DNA of 64,000 nt from NCBI GenBank assembly GCA_964016885.1, contig OZ024740.1, forward strand, positions 243,474,001 to 243,538,000, written 5' to 3'. Source of the stretch: Eledone cirrhosa. Taxonomy: Eukaryota. Both the position numbers and the translations under genes were made by a program. Position 1 is the stretch's first letter, and every line of letters begins with the position of its first letter. The notes under the pieces were generated by a model that saw only the letters and a list, made by a program, of their open reading frames with translations, was not told the origin of the DNA and did no database searches. Of this stretch, positions 1 to 14,302 are shown in pieces.

Positions 1-769
1 TTTCACTGATTGCAGAAGGGTGGAAGACAAAGTTGACTTTGGTGGGATTTGAACTCATAGTGCAGAGAGCAAGAACAAATAACTGTTTCTACTTTACCCC
101 AGTGCATTACTGGTGGTTTATTTTATCAACCCCATAAGGCTGAAAGGCAAAGTTAACCTCGGAGGGATTTGAACCCATATCGTAAAGGGCCAACACTCTA
201 TGCCGCCAATTCACCAAGCAAGAACAATTTTCATATGAAGGGAAATTATGTAATACAACATAGAATTAATCAATAGATTAATTAATGATTTATACTATAG
301 GCACAAGGCCAATAATTTTGGGGGGAGGAGAAAGTCTTTTAACAACCCTGGAAAAATGAAAGGCAAAGTTAACCTTGGTGTATTTGAACATAAAGTACCA
401 GAATGACCAATGCTGTGATGACTCTGCTAATCCACCACCTATCAATAAGTGATATACAAACACATGTGTAGCCTAGATCTAAAGTAATTATAGGGGATTT
501 TATAATGAAAGAAAATTGTTGCAACCTCAGTTAGGGGTCATATTTAGTTTTGGAGAAAAACTTTCAAATAGGTACACTGAATTGGTGGGAGGAAAGATTT
601 GGCCATAACACACTGCCTTAAAACATCTCATCTAACCAATGCCAGAATGGAATAGAGGATAATAAGTGTTTCTACTATTAGCACAAGGCCAGCAATTACC
701 CAGTACATTACTGGTACTTTATTTTATCGACCCCGTAAGGATGAAAGGCAAAGTTAACAGAGGATAATA

Positions 770-833
770 ATGATCATCATGATGATCATAGTTATCATAC
801 TGATGAAGATGATGTGGTGGTGATGAGAATGAA

Positions 834-869
<36 letters not shown>

Positions 870-999
870 ATAGTGATAATGTTGATGATGATGATGATGG
901 TTATGATGGTGGTTATGATGATGATGATGATGGTTATGATGATGGTTATGATGATGGTCATGATGGCAGTTATGATGATGATGATGATGATATAGTGAT

Positions 1000-1082
<83 letters not shown>

Positions 1083-1100
1083 GGTGAGGATGAGAATGAA

Positions 1101-1131
<31 letters not shown>

Positions 1132-1292
1132 TAGTGATGGCAATGATGAGGATAATGATGATGATGATGATGATGAAAATGATGACAATGACAATGATGA
1201 TAATGTGATGATGATGATGATGGTGATGACGATGATGATGATGATGAAAATGATGACAATGACAATGATGATAATGTGATGATGATGATGAC

Positions 1293-1323
<31 letters not shown>
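770..1323. repeat. Degenerate (GAT)n/(GGT)n trinucleotide repeat
   Basis: Seen directly; explains the poly-S/H/I ORFs at 719-1411. Confidence 0.95.
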
Positions 1324-1648
1324 TTGAGGCATGAACTAAGAACAGAGCTCTTTTCATGGTTGTTTGATCTGCTATAAATAGCAGACAATCTTTACTCAAA
1401 TACAGGCTCACTGTTTAAGAAAGGAGCCAAAGAAAGCGATAGAGATGGAACAAAAGAAAGTAAAAAAGTTTCTTAAGTTTGATGTAACTACAATGTTGGG
1501 TAAGATGTGAAACAGGGCAGAAGATAGAGTCTGCAGAAGAATTGGAGATCAATATCTACCATTACATTAGCTGTTACTGTTGCTGATACTGCTGTTATTA
1601 CTCCCCATCATCCCCCCTCTCTCTCTCTCCTTCTTTCTCTCTCTCTTT

Positions 1649-1905
<257 letters not shown>

Positions 1906-1938
1906 TGATTGAACAGATGTGACAACACTGCTGCCTGA

Positions 1939-2054
1939 GAAGAAGAAGAAGAAGAAGAAGAAGAAGAAGAAGAAGAAGAAGAAGAAGAAGAAGAAGAAGA
2001 AGAAGAAGAAGAAGAAGAAGAAGAAGAAGAAGAAGAAGAAGAAGAAGAAGAAGA
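1939..2054. repeat. (GAA)n microsatellite
   Basis: Seen directly. Confidence 0.97.
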
Positions 2055-2284
2055 TATAAGTAAATCTAACATGTAAGATTGAGAAGAAAGAAAGAAAATA
2101 AAGCAAAAAATAGCAATTTCAGGAAAGAAGAGAAAATTACCAAATCTATTTATTCTGTGATCTACCAATATCTGTGAGAGTTTAAGATATATTGATTTGA
2201 TGGTTCTGTTGGACTTATTAATTTGTAACTATTGTACTGGGTGTTTAGTGTGGACTAGGTAACAGCTGTACTGCCTGTTATTGG

Positions 2285-2600
2285 CTTGGTGTTGGTCTGG
2301 TGGTAATCTGGTGTTGATCTGGAGTTGGTCTGTTGTTAGTTTATAGTTGGTTTGGATTTTGTCTGATGTTGTTCTGGTGTTGGTCTGGTGTTGGACTGGT
2401 GTTAGTTTAGTATTGCTTGGCTGTGTTTGTTCTGTAGTTAGTTTGGTTTTGGTCAGGTGCTGGTTGAGTGTTGGTCTGGTGCTGGCTTAGATTTGGTCTG
2501 GTGTTGGTTAAGTGTTGGTCTGGTGTTTGTTGAGTGTTGGTCTGGTGCTGGCTTAGAATTGGCCTGGTGTTGGTTTAGTGTTGGTCTCATGTTGATCTTA
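2285..2600. repeat. Degenerate ~10-bp tandem repeat (tgttggtctgg-like)
   Basis: Recurrent tggtgttggtctgg units. Confidence 0.75.
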
Positions 2601-3639
2601 TGTGTTGTCAAAAAGTACATAAAGTCAGTCTATCCTCACATTTTCACAAGGTCACTGGAGATCAATTAAATAAGGGATCTCCTGGCTGAACTGGAGCAAA
2701 ATTTCTTTTATGCAAGACAATGGCAAAGCATTGAAAGCATTTATGAGAGGAGCACTAAAGTTCACAAAAATATAATTCTTAAGGACTAAAAGCTAGCATG
2801 TGACGTATGTGAATGGCTGGCACTTTGAATTACAAGTCAGGCTTGTTACAAAATATCTCATAGAATACTCTAACAATCCTACTAATCTAACACCATGGAC
2901 TGATACTTTAATTTATCAACACCAAATGAATGATAGGCAAAGTTGACATGTGTAATCTTAACATGATTCTCAAATTAAATCAATGTGGTATAGACACAGC
3001 CCATCTGACTAGCTTCTATTAGTTTCTGTCTGCCCAATTTCATTCACAAGGCTTATATCAACTTGAGGTTATAGTAAAAGACATTTGCTTCAGATGCAAC
3101 ACAGTCTGATCAGACCTGAGATGTTGTAAATCAATATCTGAAAGTCCTACTTAATCCTTTTATTACTATATCTCTAATGAAATAAACTGTATTTGAATTA
3201 GTTATTCAAGAATTTCAAGGGATTTAATAAAGTTATTTATTATGTCATAATTTTGCATTTACATTACTCTAAATTTACTATTGTATTTTCATGGTATTTT
3301 CACATAATTATCTCACATAGTATCTAATATATGAGATTTTGATATTATTTATTTTGAGAACAATACCTTACTATCAGTATGAGTGGCTAGTTATGGTCAG
3401 TTTGAACAGAAAGAGGTGAGAGAATTCTGGCTGGATGTGGCTGGTTTAAATGCTAAAGGGCTAAGATAGTATTTGCAACATAACTAAACAAAAGTAAAAT
3501 TATATTAGAAGGTATTAATTTAAATAGAAACTCTTTAAAATGGGCGATTTTGTTTCATACAACCTGAGGCAGTTTGGAGTTAAAACTGTCAAATTGACAT
3601 CTAAATGGTTGGGTATTCTACACGTATATGTAGGCTTAA

Positions 3640-4118
3640 TCCTTTAGCATTCAAACCGTATCTGGCAGAATTCTCTCACCTCTTTCTGTTCAAACCGGCC
3701 ATAATCAGTCACTCATACTAATGTTAAGGTATTGTTCTCAAAATAAATAGCATCAAAATCTCATAGATTCGATATTCATCATCATCATTATTTTACGTCC
3801 GCTTTTCCTTGCTTGCAAGGATGGGACAGGTCCTCTTCAGCACAGCATCTCTCCATTTGTCATGGTCCTTCGTCATCTCCTCTGTGAGCTTCAGTGATCT
3901 GAGGTCAGCTCTCACCACCTCTGCCCATGATTTTCGTGGTCTTCCTCTACTGCGTCTTCCTTCCACTGGGATTTCTTGGCACTTCTTTACCCAGTGGTCA
4001 TCCGCCATGCGCATCACATGTCTATACCAACACAGATATTATATGAGATATTATGTAAGGTAAAGCCTTTACTGTGAAAATACAATAGTAAATATAGAAT
4101 AACGTAAATGCTAAAGGG
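3640..4118. mobile_element. piggyBac-like MITE interrupted by an RTE 3' fragment
   Basis: ttaa-tcctttagcatt ... aatgctaaaggg-tta ends. An RTE fragment (3778-4030) sits inside, with gatatt on both sides. Confidence 0.75.
3778..4030 (-). mobile_element. 5'-truncated RTE LINE 3' end
   Basis: ORF 3793-4017 encodes the RTE C-terminus (GRRSRGRPRKSW) and is followed by a (gat)n tail. Confidence 0.85.
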
Positions 4119-4733
4119 TTACAGTAATTCTCATGCTGACTCAATATGACACAACTTGTGATACTGAATGTTTGATCTGCAGGTACAATACATCTGATAG
4201 CTTTTTTACAGGTTCTGTCTACTAAATATCCCTTACAAGTCTTGGGTTGCTTCATGGCTATGTTAAATATATTTACCCAAGATGATACACATTGCAATTG
4301 AACTTGGAACAGCGTGATTGCGAATTTAACTTCTTAACCACTCAGCTATGTCTGGGCCTAGTAAGCCAATGCAGGAAGAAATATTTTTAGCATCAATCAC
4401 AACGCTATATTATCCTGTCTCAGTACTCGTGTAGCTGAATGTTAGTATATATATATATAGATATATGTTTATATATAGATATATATATATATTATACAAA
4501 TATATATATATTTGTATAAAAATCTATATTTTAAAAATAGAACTCTCGGCTAAATATTGACTTTGCAAGCATGTCCGATGCTAATTTAAGAACTGCTATA
4601 CATGTGACTATTTGATGTCGAATGGATGGTGTGGGTGTATATATATATGTATCATCATCATCACTGTTTTACGTCCATTCTTCCATGTTAGCATGGGATA
4701 TGTAAACATGTATATATGTAGTATATATATATA

Positions 4734-4821
<88 letters not shown>

Positions 4822-4930
4822 CATCATCATCACTGTTTTACGTCCATTCTTCCATGTTAGCGTGGAATATGTAAACATGTATATATGTAGTATATATATA
4901 TTATATATATATATACATAATATATATATA

Positions 4931-4961
<31 letters not shown>

Positions 4962-5334
4962 CATCATCATCACCATTTAACGTCCATGTTTCCACACTGG
5001 CATAGGTGTTCATAGAGAGGGTGTTAAATGTGTGTATAATGTAGTTTGGTTTGGTGTTGTCTGGACGACAACAAAACACAATGTATAGATTTTATATTAT
5101 CATTTTACAGGGTATATATATATATAACACATGTATTTTGGCTGTTTGAGTATAAAAATTGTATATAATTGTAGCATTTGTAATCCAAACACATCAGAGA
5201 GTTATTGCTGCTGTGGTTTAGCTCCAAGTGAACTTTGATTAAACAAATCTATGGTGAAAGGCATTCCTGTCATGACCATCACATCTTTTAGGAGTATCAG
5301 GATTACATTATCTAATGTGTCTTTTCTTGTTTAA

Positions 5335-5725
5335 GATGGTGGTAGTAGTTGTCATGAGAAAGATGATGGTGATGATGATGATGATGATGATGATGATGTA
5401 AATGATGATGGTGATGGTGGTGGTGGTTGTGATTGTGGTGGTTGTGGTGGTTGTAGTGGTTGTGGTGGTTGTAACTGTGGTGGTGGTGGTGGTTATTGTG
5501 GTGGTAATGGTGGTGGCAGTGGTGGTGGCCACATCAGTGGTGGTTATTGTGGTGATAGTGGTGGTGGTGGTAGTGGTGGTAGTAGTACTGGTAGTTATTG
5601 TGGTGGTAGTGGTGATGGTAGTGGTGGTGGTAGTGGTGGTGGTGGTAGTAGTACTGGTAGTTATTGTGGTGGTAGTGGTGGTGGTATTAGTGGAGGTGTT
5701 GGGGAGGATGATGATGATGATATGG
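5335..5725. repeat. Degenerate (GGT)/(GAT)/(GTA) trinucleotide repeat
   Basis: Seen directly. Confidence 0.9.
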
Positions 5726-6399
5726 ATGTCAGAGAGATGTACCCCTCTAACAGTTCCCTAAATCACCAAGATGATGTCAAAAAAATTCTATTCCATTAGT
5801 AATTTATCTTTAAGTAGCAACTATCCAAAGACTTGCATGATAGCTTGGTACTTCATCCATTGCTCTGTTTCTTCTTCTTTATATAAAATGTGTTTTTTCT
5901 GTCAAAAAACCTGGACTATATCAACCATAATAATAATGCATATGTAGTAATCTACACAATAAAAGTAATCTACACAATAAAAGCACCCAGTACACACTGT
6001 AAAGTGGTTGGTGTTAGGAAGGGCATCCAGCTGTAGAAAGCTTGTAAACAAGGGGTTAGGAGAACACTTCAGTTTATGTCAAAAGACATGACAAGTTCTC
6101 TGCATTTGATATAACCGTATATAAGCAGGATACAGATGCCTTTCTTGTCTGGGAGATCAGTAACCCCGCAATCAGTACTGACTTAGTCTATGTAGATATG
6201 TCTAACTCTTGCTAACAAGGAAAACGGATGTTAAATGCTGCTGCTGCTGATGATGATGTATATATCTTTGTCTGTAACTCATTAACATGTATAAACACAA
6301 ATATACACACACATATACTTGTAAACACAATGAATTTCCTATCTATTATATAATATTATTTATTAATGTTGATAGATGGCACAAAAGTGCTATGTAAGG

Positions 6400-9083
6400 T
6401 TTCTTCAAGCCAAATTGATTACTTACTTGTTAGACAAGACAAACAGACTGTAATAAATACAAAGGCCTTCCCAGGGGAAGAATGCAGTGCCCAGCACAAG
6501 TTAGTTATTAGTGACATCAAAATAAACAAAAGACAGAACAAGACACGCAGGAAAATATGGAGACGGAAGGTGTGGAAGCTAAAGGACCTCTCTGTTAAAT
6601 ATAGGTTTAGAAAGGCCTTAGATAATGCTCTTAATGAGAGGGATGACAAGCTAGATACATTTAACATAGAGGACAACTGGAAATTATTACATGACAACCT
6701 TTTCCGAACTACTGGCGAGACTTATGGCTGGAGTAAAGCACCAGCCAAACAGAGGGTGACTTGGTGGTGGAACAGCACAGTAGATACAGCCATTAAAACC
6801 AAGAGACAGGCATGGAAAGACTGGAAAAAATGGGGGTAGCAGAGACAAGTACCAAGTAGCTAAGAAAGAAGGTAGGTGATAGATATACACAGCTCGGAGA
6901 GAGGCTGAAGAAAGTAAATAGTGTCAATGTCTTGAGACATGAGAACTAGAGACATGAAGTGTTTCATATTACGTTAGTGTGAATCGAGATGTTGTTGGGG
7001 AAAAATGTGTTAGAAATTACGCTGGTGCACTTAGTACTACTGATGCCCAAAAGAAAGAAGCCTGGAAATGTTACTATGAGAGATTGATGAATGTAGAGAA
7101 TGAATGGTAGGAAGAGAAACTACCCCAAATTTACCCAAAGAAAGGTCAAGCTATTGAAGTTGGCAGTTTTAGGGTCAAAGAATCAATGTGGGACCATCAG
7201 AAATAGTTGCTCAGATGCTAAAAGCATCGGTGAGGTAGGAGTCAAACTAGTAACCCATATAGTAAATCAAGTAATACATTGTAGTCATACCCAATGACTG
7301 GCGCAGCAGTACAATCATAAATTGCTACAAGGGCAAAGGTGATGCTCTATAAAGGAGCAACTATAGAGGAATAAAACTAATGGACCAAATTATGAAAGTG
7401 ACAGAAAGAGTCATAGCGCAGCTAATTAAGGAAAGAGTCAAAATAGATGAGTTGCAGTTTGGTTTCATGCCTAGGAAAAGTAATACAGATGCCCTCTTCT
7501 TAGTGAAGCAACTATAAAGAGAAATCCTAGCCAAAAATAAACCACTACATTTAGCTTTTGTTGATCTAGAGAAGGCCTTTGACAGAGTACCTTGATCTAC
7601 TATCTGGTGGTCCTTAAGGAAATTAGATGTAGAAGAATGGCTTGTGATAGCAGTGCAAGCTATGTACAGAGGAGATGTCAGTAAAGTCAGAGTAGGAAAT
7701 GAGTTTAGTGAGGAATTTAAGGTGCAGATAGGAGTTCATCAAGGTTCCGTTCTTAGCCCACTGCTGTTCATCATAGTTCTTCAGGCCATAACAGAGATGT
7801 TTAAAACAGGCTGCCCATGGAAACTTCTCTATGCAGATGATTTGGTCCTTATAGCTGAAACCAAAAGAGAACTAGAAAATAAATTTCGATTATGGAAACT
7901 GAATTTGGAATCAAAATGTCTGAGAGTAAACTTAGTCAAAACTAAAGTGCTAGTGAGTAGGAGAGAAGATAGGACCTAGGTTCCCCCAGGGAAGTGTCCA
8001 TGCTTAACATGCAGAAAAGGAGTAGGTATAAACTCCATACAATGTAAACAATGTAAATCTTGGGTACACAAAAGATGTAGTGGGATAATGAGTAGAATAA
8101 CAGGAAGGGAGGCCTTTGCTTGTAGAAGATACACAGGAGAAATTGAGAGGAAGTGTGCTAATGATATAAACCTTTTCCAGTCACAGGAAGACATGGTTGA
8201 TAGCTTCTGCTATCTAGGTCACCTATTTAGCAGTGGAAAAAGGTGCAGTGAGAGTATAATAACTAGAATAAGGATAGGATGGATGAAGTTTAGAGAACTA
8301 TCCCCACTGCTGACAACAAAAGGTTTCTTCCTATCATCACATTCATCATCATCATCGTATAACGTCTATCTTCCACGCTAGCATGTACAAAAGAAAGGCT
8401 GTATGATGCCTCTGTGTAGTGTGCAATGCTCCATCATAGTAAAACATGTGCTGTGACTACAGGGGACATGTGTAGACTGGAGAGAAATGAAGCAACCATG
8501 CTTGATTGGATGTGCAATGTAAATGTGAGAGAAAGAGGTTGGATGAGCTGCGGGAGAAGCTGGGTTTAACCCTTTAATGTTCAAACCGGCCAAAACCGGC
8601 CAAAATTCTCTACCATTTTCTGTTGAAACTGGCTGTAACTGGTCACTCAAACTGATGTTAAGGTATTGTTCTCAAAATAAATACTTTCAAAATCTCATAG
8701 ATTCGATATTATGTGAGATAATTATGCGAGATAAAGCCTTTACCATGAAAATAAAATAGTATATATAGAGTAATGTGAATGCTAAAGGGTTAAGGAGAAT
8801 TTAAGATGGTGTGCAGGAGAGAAGACAGCCTTGGTATGGGCATGTGATACACATAGACAATGACCAATGGGTGAAGAAATGCCAAAGATCTCAGTGGAAG
8901 GAAGCCGCAGTAGAGGACGACCAAGAAAGACCTGGGCAGAGGTTGTGAGAGCTGACCTTAAATCACTAAGACTGGAATAGGAGATGACGAAGGAACACGA
9001 CAAGTGGAGAAATGCTGAGCTGAAAATGACCCATCCAAGCATGGAAAAGCGGACACAAAAACGTTGATGATGATGATGATGAT
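6400..9083 (+). mobile_element. Degraded RTE-type non-LTR retrotransposon (endonuclease end, RT, PHD-like finger, 3' tail)
   Basis: Broken frames encode SQIDYLL, WWWNS, QGSVLSPLLF and LLYADDLVL. Ends aagcggacacaaaaacgtt(gat)n. Many stops and frameshifts. Confidence 0.92.
8570..8789. mobile_element. piggyBac-like MITE with TTAA target duplication, inserted in the RTE
   Basis: TTAA-ccctttaatgttc ... gaatgctaaaggg-TTAA. Removing it restores the RTE reading ctgggtttaaggagaatt. Confidence 0.85.
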
Positions 9084-9129
9084 GTATATATATATATATA
9101 TACATATATACACATACATAAATAATATA

Positions 9130-9455
9130 TATCATCATCATCATTTTATGTCCGCTTTTCCCTGCTTGCAAGGGTGGGACGGGAACTGATTCTAGCTTGA
9201 TTTCTACAGCTGGATGCCCTTCCTAACACCAACCTCATTTACAGTGAGTGCTGGGTGCTTTTGCCGTGGCACCTCCACGACCACTTTGCAGTGGAATGAT
9301 AGTCCTATCATCTCATCTCTACAGGTGAGTAAACTGGAGCAATGTGAAATAAAGTGTCTTGCTCAAAGAAACAACACACCACCCGGTCTGAGAATTGAAC
9401 TCACAACCTTTCGATTGCAAGACCAATGCTCTAACCACTAAGCCATGTGCTTCCA
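9130..9455 (-). mobile_element. tRNA-like SINE with RTE-derived 3' tail
   Basis: The minus strand has A/B-box-like tggcttagtgg ... gagttcaattc, a gagcaagacactttatttcacattgctccag core and an RTE-like tail with (gat)n. Same family as 46248-46615. Confidence 0.8.
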
Positions 9456-9472
9456 TGTATATGTATATATAT

Positions 9473-9745
9473 GGTGAATCCATACGTACATATATATATG
9501 CAAATTGGGCTACTCAGCCGTTAATATGCATAAGGTAAGTATATACGTTCAACAATCTGGCAGGAAAGTATACGTTGCTGACAATAGCTAATAAGCTTGA
9601 AACTAGTATAGCGTTCCTTTGTCAGTGTTGAACAAACGAGCAACGATGGTTGCTGGACACTACAGCTTAATACGGGATGTTTGTTTACAAACACACCGAG
9701 CATTATAATAAATGTTCGGTGAATCCATACGTACATATATATATG
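9473..9745 (+). mobile_element. ~245-bp hammerhead-containing unit bounded by 28-bp direct repeats (retrozyme/PLE pLTR-like)
   Basis: ggtgaatccatacgtacatatatatatg occurs at 9473-9500 and 9718-9745, with an HHR motif inside. Confidence 0.65.
9573..9613 (+). ncRNA. Minimal type I hammerhead ribozyme (G8->A decayed)
   Basis: cgttg-CTGACAA-t-agct aata agct-t-GAA-ACTAGT-A-tagcg. Stems I and II and a palindromic stem III all pair. Confidence 0.65.
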
Positions 9746-9812
9746 TGTACATGTATGTATATATATGTACATACTACTGTACGTCTGTATACATATATGT
9801 ATGTACGTGTAT

Positions 9813-10105
9813 GTCAGGTCACCAGTTGGTGCTACTGGTAACATGTATCCCAGTACAACCTGTCTCATGGTCGGGTCGTTGGCGACTAAACTGGCAACCC
9901 CACCAAGGTGTCTTGGTGAGGAGGGTGACTTTGGACATCCTGCAGGACTAAAAACAAAACCTGTCAAAGGGCAAAGGAGCTCTTAAGAGTCAATGGCCAT
10001 CCAAAATCACCAGGAGAGATGACCCCTTAGCCTTTGACAAGGCAGAATTCTAGGAGAAGGAAAACTCTGATATAACACCTGCAACTCTGATGGTATCCAA
10101 TGATG
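9813..10105 (+). mobile_element. Probable RTE-like 5' leader or non-autonomous derivative
   Basis: Structured GC-richer leader containing ggagaaggaaaactctgat, recalled from RTE 5'UTRs. Not verified. Confidence 0.35.
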
Positions 10106-10435
10106 TTGACTTGTTCTTCTTTTTGGTAAATATCATCTTGGTTAAGAGAGTGGGACTGGCTTTGTGCAGTGCCTTTGCTCACTATAAAAGCTTCACGGCA
10201 CAGGCATTGCTTTATATCTGGAGATCTCTCTGCACTTGTCGTCACATGGTACCATGGGCCCAGCACTATGTGTCAATAATTGTCACAAGTGTAGTGTTTG
10301 TACCAGCGTTCTCAAGTCGCTGGCTGGACTAAAAAGTCACACTCGTTCAGCGCATTGGTAGGGGTTCTCCTACATGGATATAAAGTAGTGGCCGTACTCG
10401 AAAACGAGTTGGCAGCCACCATGTACGTGTACATA

Positions 10436-10484
<49 letters not shown>

Positions 10485-10515
10485 ATATATATGTATATAT
10501 ATATATGTATATATG

Positions 10516-10551
<36 letters not shown>

Positions 10552-10589
10552 AAAGTTTACATATATATATACATACACATACATATACG

Positions 10590-10860
10590 TGTTTTGCAAC
10601 AGGTCACTTTTTGGCTCAATGAAAAATTAATAAAATAAACAATCAGAGCTATATATCATAAAACATGTCTATAGAATCACAAGATAAAATGCGGCCGACG
10701 CGAAGCGCTAGTTTTGGTTATTTGTTGGAGATTCCTTCATAGAAGCCTCATTCGTATAGCCTGGTCTATTCGATTTTTTATATAGTTAATTATGCTAATC
10801 GGGAGAGGAAATAGAATATATTTTATCTTGTGATTCTATAGACATGTTTTATGATATATA
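10590..10860. mobile_element. (TA)n-embedded fold-back insertion with one-sided tail
   Basis: 41-bp inverted arms at 10650-10690 and 10820-10860; unpaired extension at 10590-10649. Confidence 0.65.
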
Positions 10861-11096
10861 TATATATGTATATATATATATATCTCTCTCTATATATATA
10901 TATGTATATATGATAGGATTGGGGTCCCTATCATTCCACTGCAAAGTGGTCGTGGAGGTGCCACGACAAAAAAGCACCCAGCACTCACTGTAAATGAGGT
11001 TGGTGTTAGGAAGGGCATCCAGCTGTAGAAATCAAGCCAGAATCAGTTCTCATCCCACCCTTGCAAGCAGGGAAAAGCGGACGTAAATTGAAATGA

Positions 11097-11156
<60 letters not shown>

Positions 11157-11186
11157 ATATATATATATAGATATATAGATATATAT

Positions 11187-13808
11187 CATCATCATCATCG
11201 TTTAACGTCAATCTTCCATGCTAGCATGGGTTTGGACAGGAATTTTCCCACTTGAGGCAAGATTGGTTGTCTTGCTCGTATAGGACTGCCTGGCGGGTTT
11301 TCTACGGCTGGATGCCCTTCCTAACACCAACCACGTTTACAGTGTGGACTGGGAGGTTTTTACCGTGTTACCTACATGGCCACATTACAGTGTGGACTGC
11401 GTGTTTTTTTGTTGTGACACCTACACAACCTCATTTATTTAGGACTGGATGTTGTGGTACCAACATAAGTTTACATCGAAAGGGGGGGGGGGGGTATTTT
11501 GGTAAGAGGTGCCTACTGACTGTAGGTTTCGCTTTGCACTTAGGCAAGGCGGGTCTTCTGTATTACTGCATAGCGCCAAAGATCTCGGTCCAGTGACATT
11601 GTCTTGGAGAGGTATAAGTGTGTGAGGTCGGAATTTATCAAGTCGTCCCAGGTTTTTCTGGGTCTGCCTACTCCATGGCTACCGTCTATTTTGATCGCCC
11701 TGCACTTTTTTATACAGCTGTCGTCTTTCATGCGCATCACGTGACCATACCAACGTAGTCTACTCTTGAGTAAACAGCATCTGATCCCTCTTATTCCTAA
11801 TTTCTCACTTAGTTCATTTATGCTTTGCCGTTCATGTATATTACTATTACACATCCAACGGAGCATGCAAGCTTCGTTCCTCTCCAGTCTGTGTAGAACC
11901 TCTGCACACAATGCCCAAGTCTCACTGCCATGTAACATTGCTGTTCGTATGCAGGCATCATACAGCCTGCCTTTCATTTTTAGAGAGAAACCTTTAGCGG
12001 CCAATAGTGGTATAAGCTCTCTGAACTTTTTCCATCCCGTTCTGACTCTAGCTACTGTACTTTCAGAGCACCCTCCACCACTGCTGATTTTGTCACCCAG
12101 GTAACGGAAGGTGTCCACTATTTCTATAGAACCATCTGTGCAATGGAATGGGCTAGTATTCTGTGTGCACTTGCTGCTACTTATTGCACCTGAGCACTGG
12201 CCACATATAAAATCTATATTCTTAGTTAGCTTACCTGTGATCCCACTACATCTTTTATCCACCCATACTTTGCATTTGGGACATAAAATGGAGTTTCTGC
12301 CTACTCCTTTCCTACACACTGAGCATGGCCATTTCCCAGATGGGACCAGTACCCTATTTTCCTTCCTACATACTAGAACTTTAGTCTTAGACAGGTGCTG
12401 ACTGTTTCTTTATACATGGCTTGTGTAGCTCTCACAAGCCATTCATCAACACCTAGTTTTCTGAGAGCCCACCAGATAATGGGGCGTGGGACTCTGTCAA
12501 AAGCTTTCTCCAAGTCAACAAAAGCTAAGTATAGGGGTTTACTTTTAGCTAGGTACTTCTCCTGTAGTTGTCATACAAGGAAAAGAGCGTCTGTGGTACT
12601 TTTACCTGACACAAACCCGAACTGCATTTCATCCAGATCAATTCGCTCTCTGATTAGTTGCGCTATTACTTTTTCTGTGACCTTCATGACCTGGTCAATT
12701 AATTTAATGCCTCTATAGTTTCCCCTATCTAGGGCATCTCATTTACCTTTGTAGCAGTTAATGATGATGCTACTATGCCAGTCCTTCGGTACCACCCCAT
12801 TCTGTATGACTTGGTTTACTATCCGAGTGACCATAGTACGTCCCACCATTCCAGATGCTTTCAAGATTTCAGCAACTATTTCCGAAGGCCCAGCCGCCTT
12901 ACCCGTCTTCATATCTTTGATTGCCTTATTATACTACCTTCAACTTGCACTGCTGGTCCCTCTATTGGATCGATGTGGGGGAGACTGTCTTTCTTCCATT
13001 TATTCTCCTCATTTAGTAGCCTTTCGTAGTGACACTTCCAAGCTACCTTCTTATCAGCGTCAGTGATGGCAAGTACGCCATCATCATTAAGGACACACTT
13101 CTCGCTGACAATATCACGGTTTTCCTTGACACATTGCCTAGCAATCCTGAACACCTCACGTTTTTGGTCCTCACGTTGTAGAACATGCTTGAACTTTCTT
13201 TCCTCTGCTTTACTTCTTGCAAGGTACACTTGTCTCCTAGCTTCCCTCCTGGCCACTTGATAGTCTTCTCTACTTCCCCCATCTCGCCATGCTTTCCAAG
13301 CCTGCTTTTTTGGCCTTGATTGACTCCTCCACCTTACTGTTCCACCACCACGTTACTCTCCTCCTGCCTATAGGTCTGCTCCAGCCACAGACTTCATCTG
13401 TCACCTTCAGCAGGTTAGCTTTCAGGAATTCCCACTGTTCCTCTATATTGTACGACTCTAATTGCTCTTCCTTACTGTCAAAAGCATCAAGTAATATGCT
13501 TTTAAATTTATTACTGGCTGTGGGGTCCTTTAGCTTCCATATTTTTCTCCTGAGGATAGTCCTCCTCTGTTGTTGAGTACGTCCTGTCCTGACTATGAGG
13601 TCGCTAACTATGAGTCTATGTTGGGAGCTGCATTCTTCATGGGGGAGGGAGTTAGTGTTTACAACAGACACTCTATCACGTCTTCTGGTAAGGATATAAT
13701 CTACCTGACTGGTGTGTTCCCCTGATCTATAGGTGATCAAGTGAATGTCTCGTTTTTTGAAGTTAGTGTTACAGATAGTTAGGTTATTTGCGTCACAGAA
13801 TTCCAGAA
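11187..13808 (-). mobile_element. RTE-type LINE, 5'-truncated, with an internal deletion of the YADD region near 12393
   Basis: ORFs 13270-13740, 12909-13256 and 11540-12319 closely match the 61.7-64 kb copy. 3'UTR and (gat)n tail at about 11187. Confidence 0.95.
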
Positions 13809-14157
13809 TATTTATTTGTTTCCTTTACCGGTTTCACAGTTCTTATGCTTTTCATATATATATATATGGTGTAAATGGTAGCACAGTGGTCTGGATAACC
13901 AAAGATGTGGGTTCAACTCCCATGTATGTCAATACTCATCTTTTTCCATTTGCCTATGCAAGCAAGGCAACCACTCTTGCCTCAAGTGGGAAAACTCCCG
14001 TCCAAACCCATGCAAGCATGGAATATGGACGTTAAACGATGATGATGATGATAATGATGATGATGTATGTATATATATATATGTATGTATATAACCCATT
14101 AGCAACCCCGCAGCACGTTTATTTCATATTTACATATATATATATACATATATATAC

Positions 14158-14206
<49 letters not shown>

Positions 14207-14225
14207 TATACATATATACATATAG

Positions 14226-14297
<72 letters not shown>

Positions 14298-14302
<5 letters not shown>

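Noticed and set aside
4650-5010. Repeated catcatcactgttttacgtccattcttccatgttagc segments
   Set aside because: Very short RTE/SINE 3' ends with a local duplication; ordinary.
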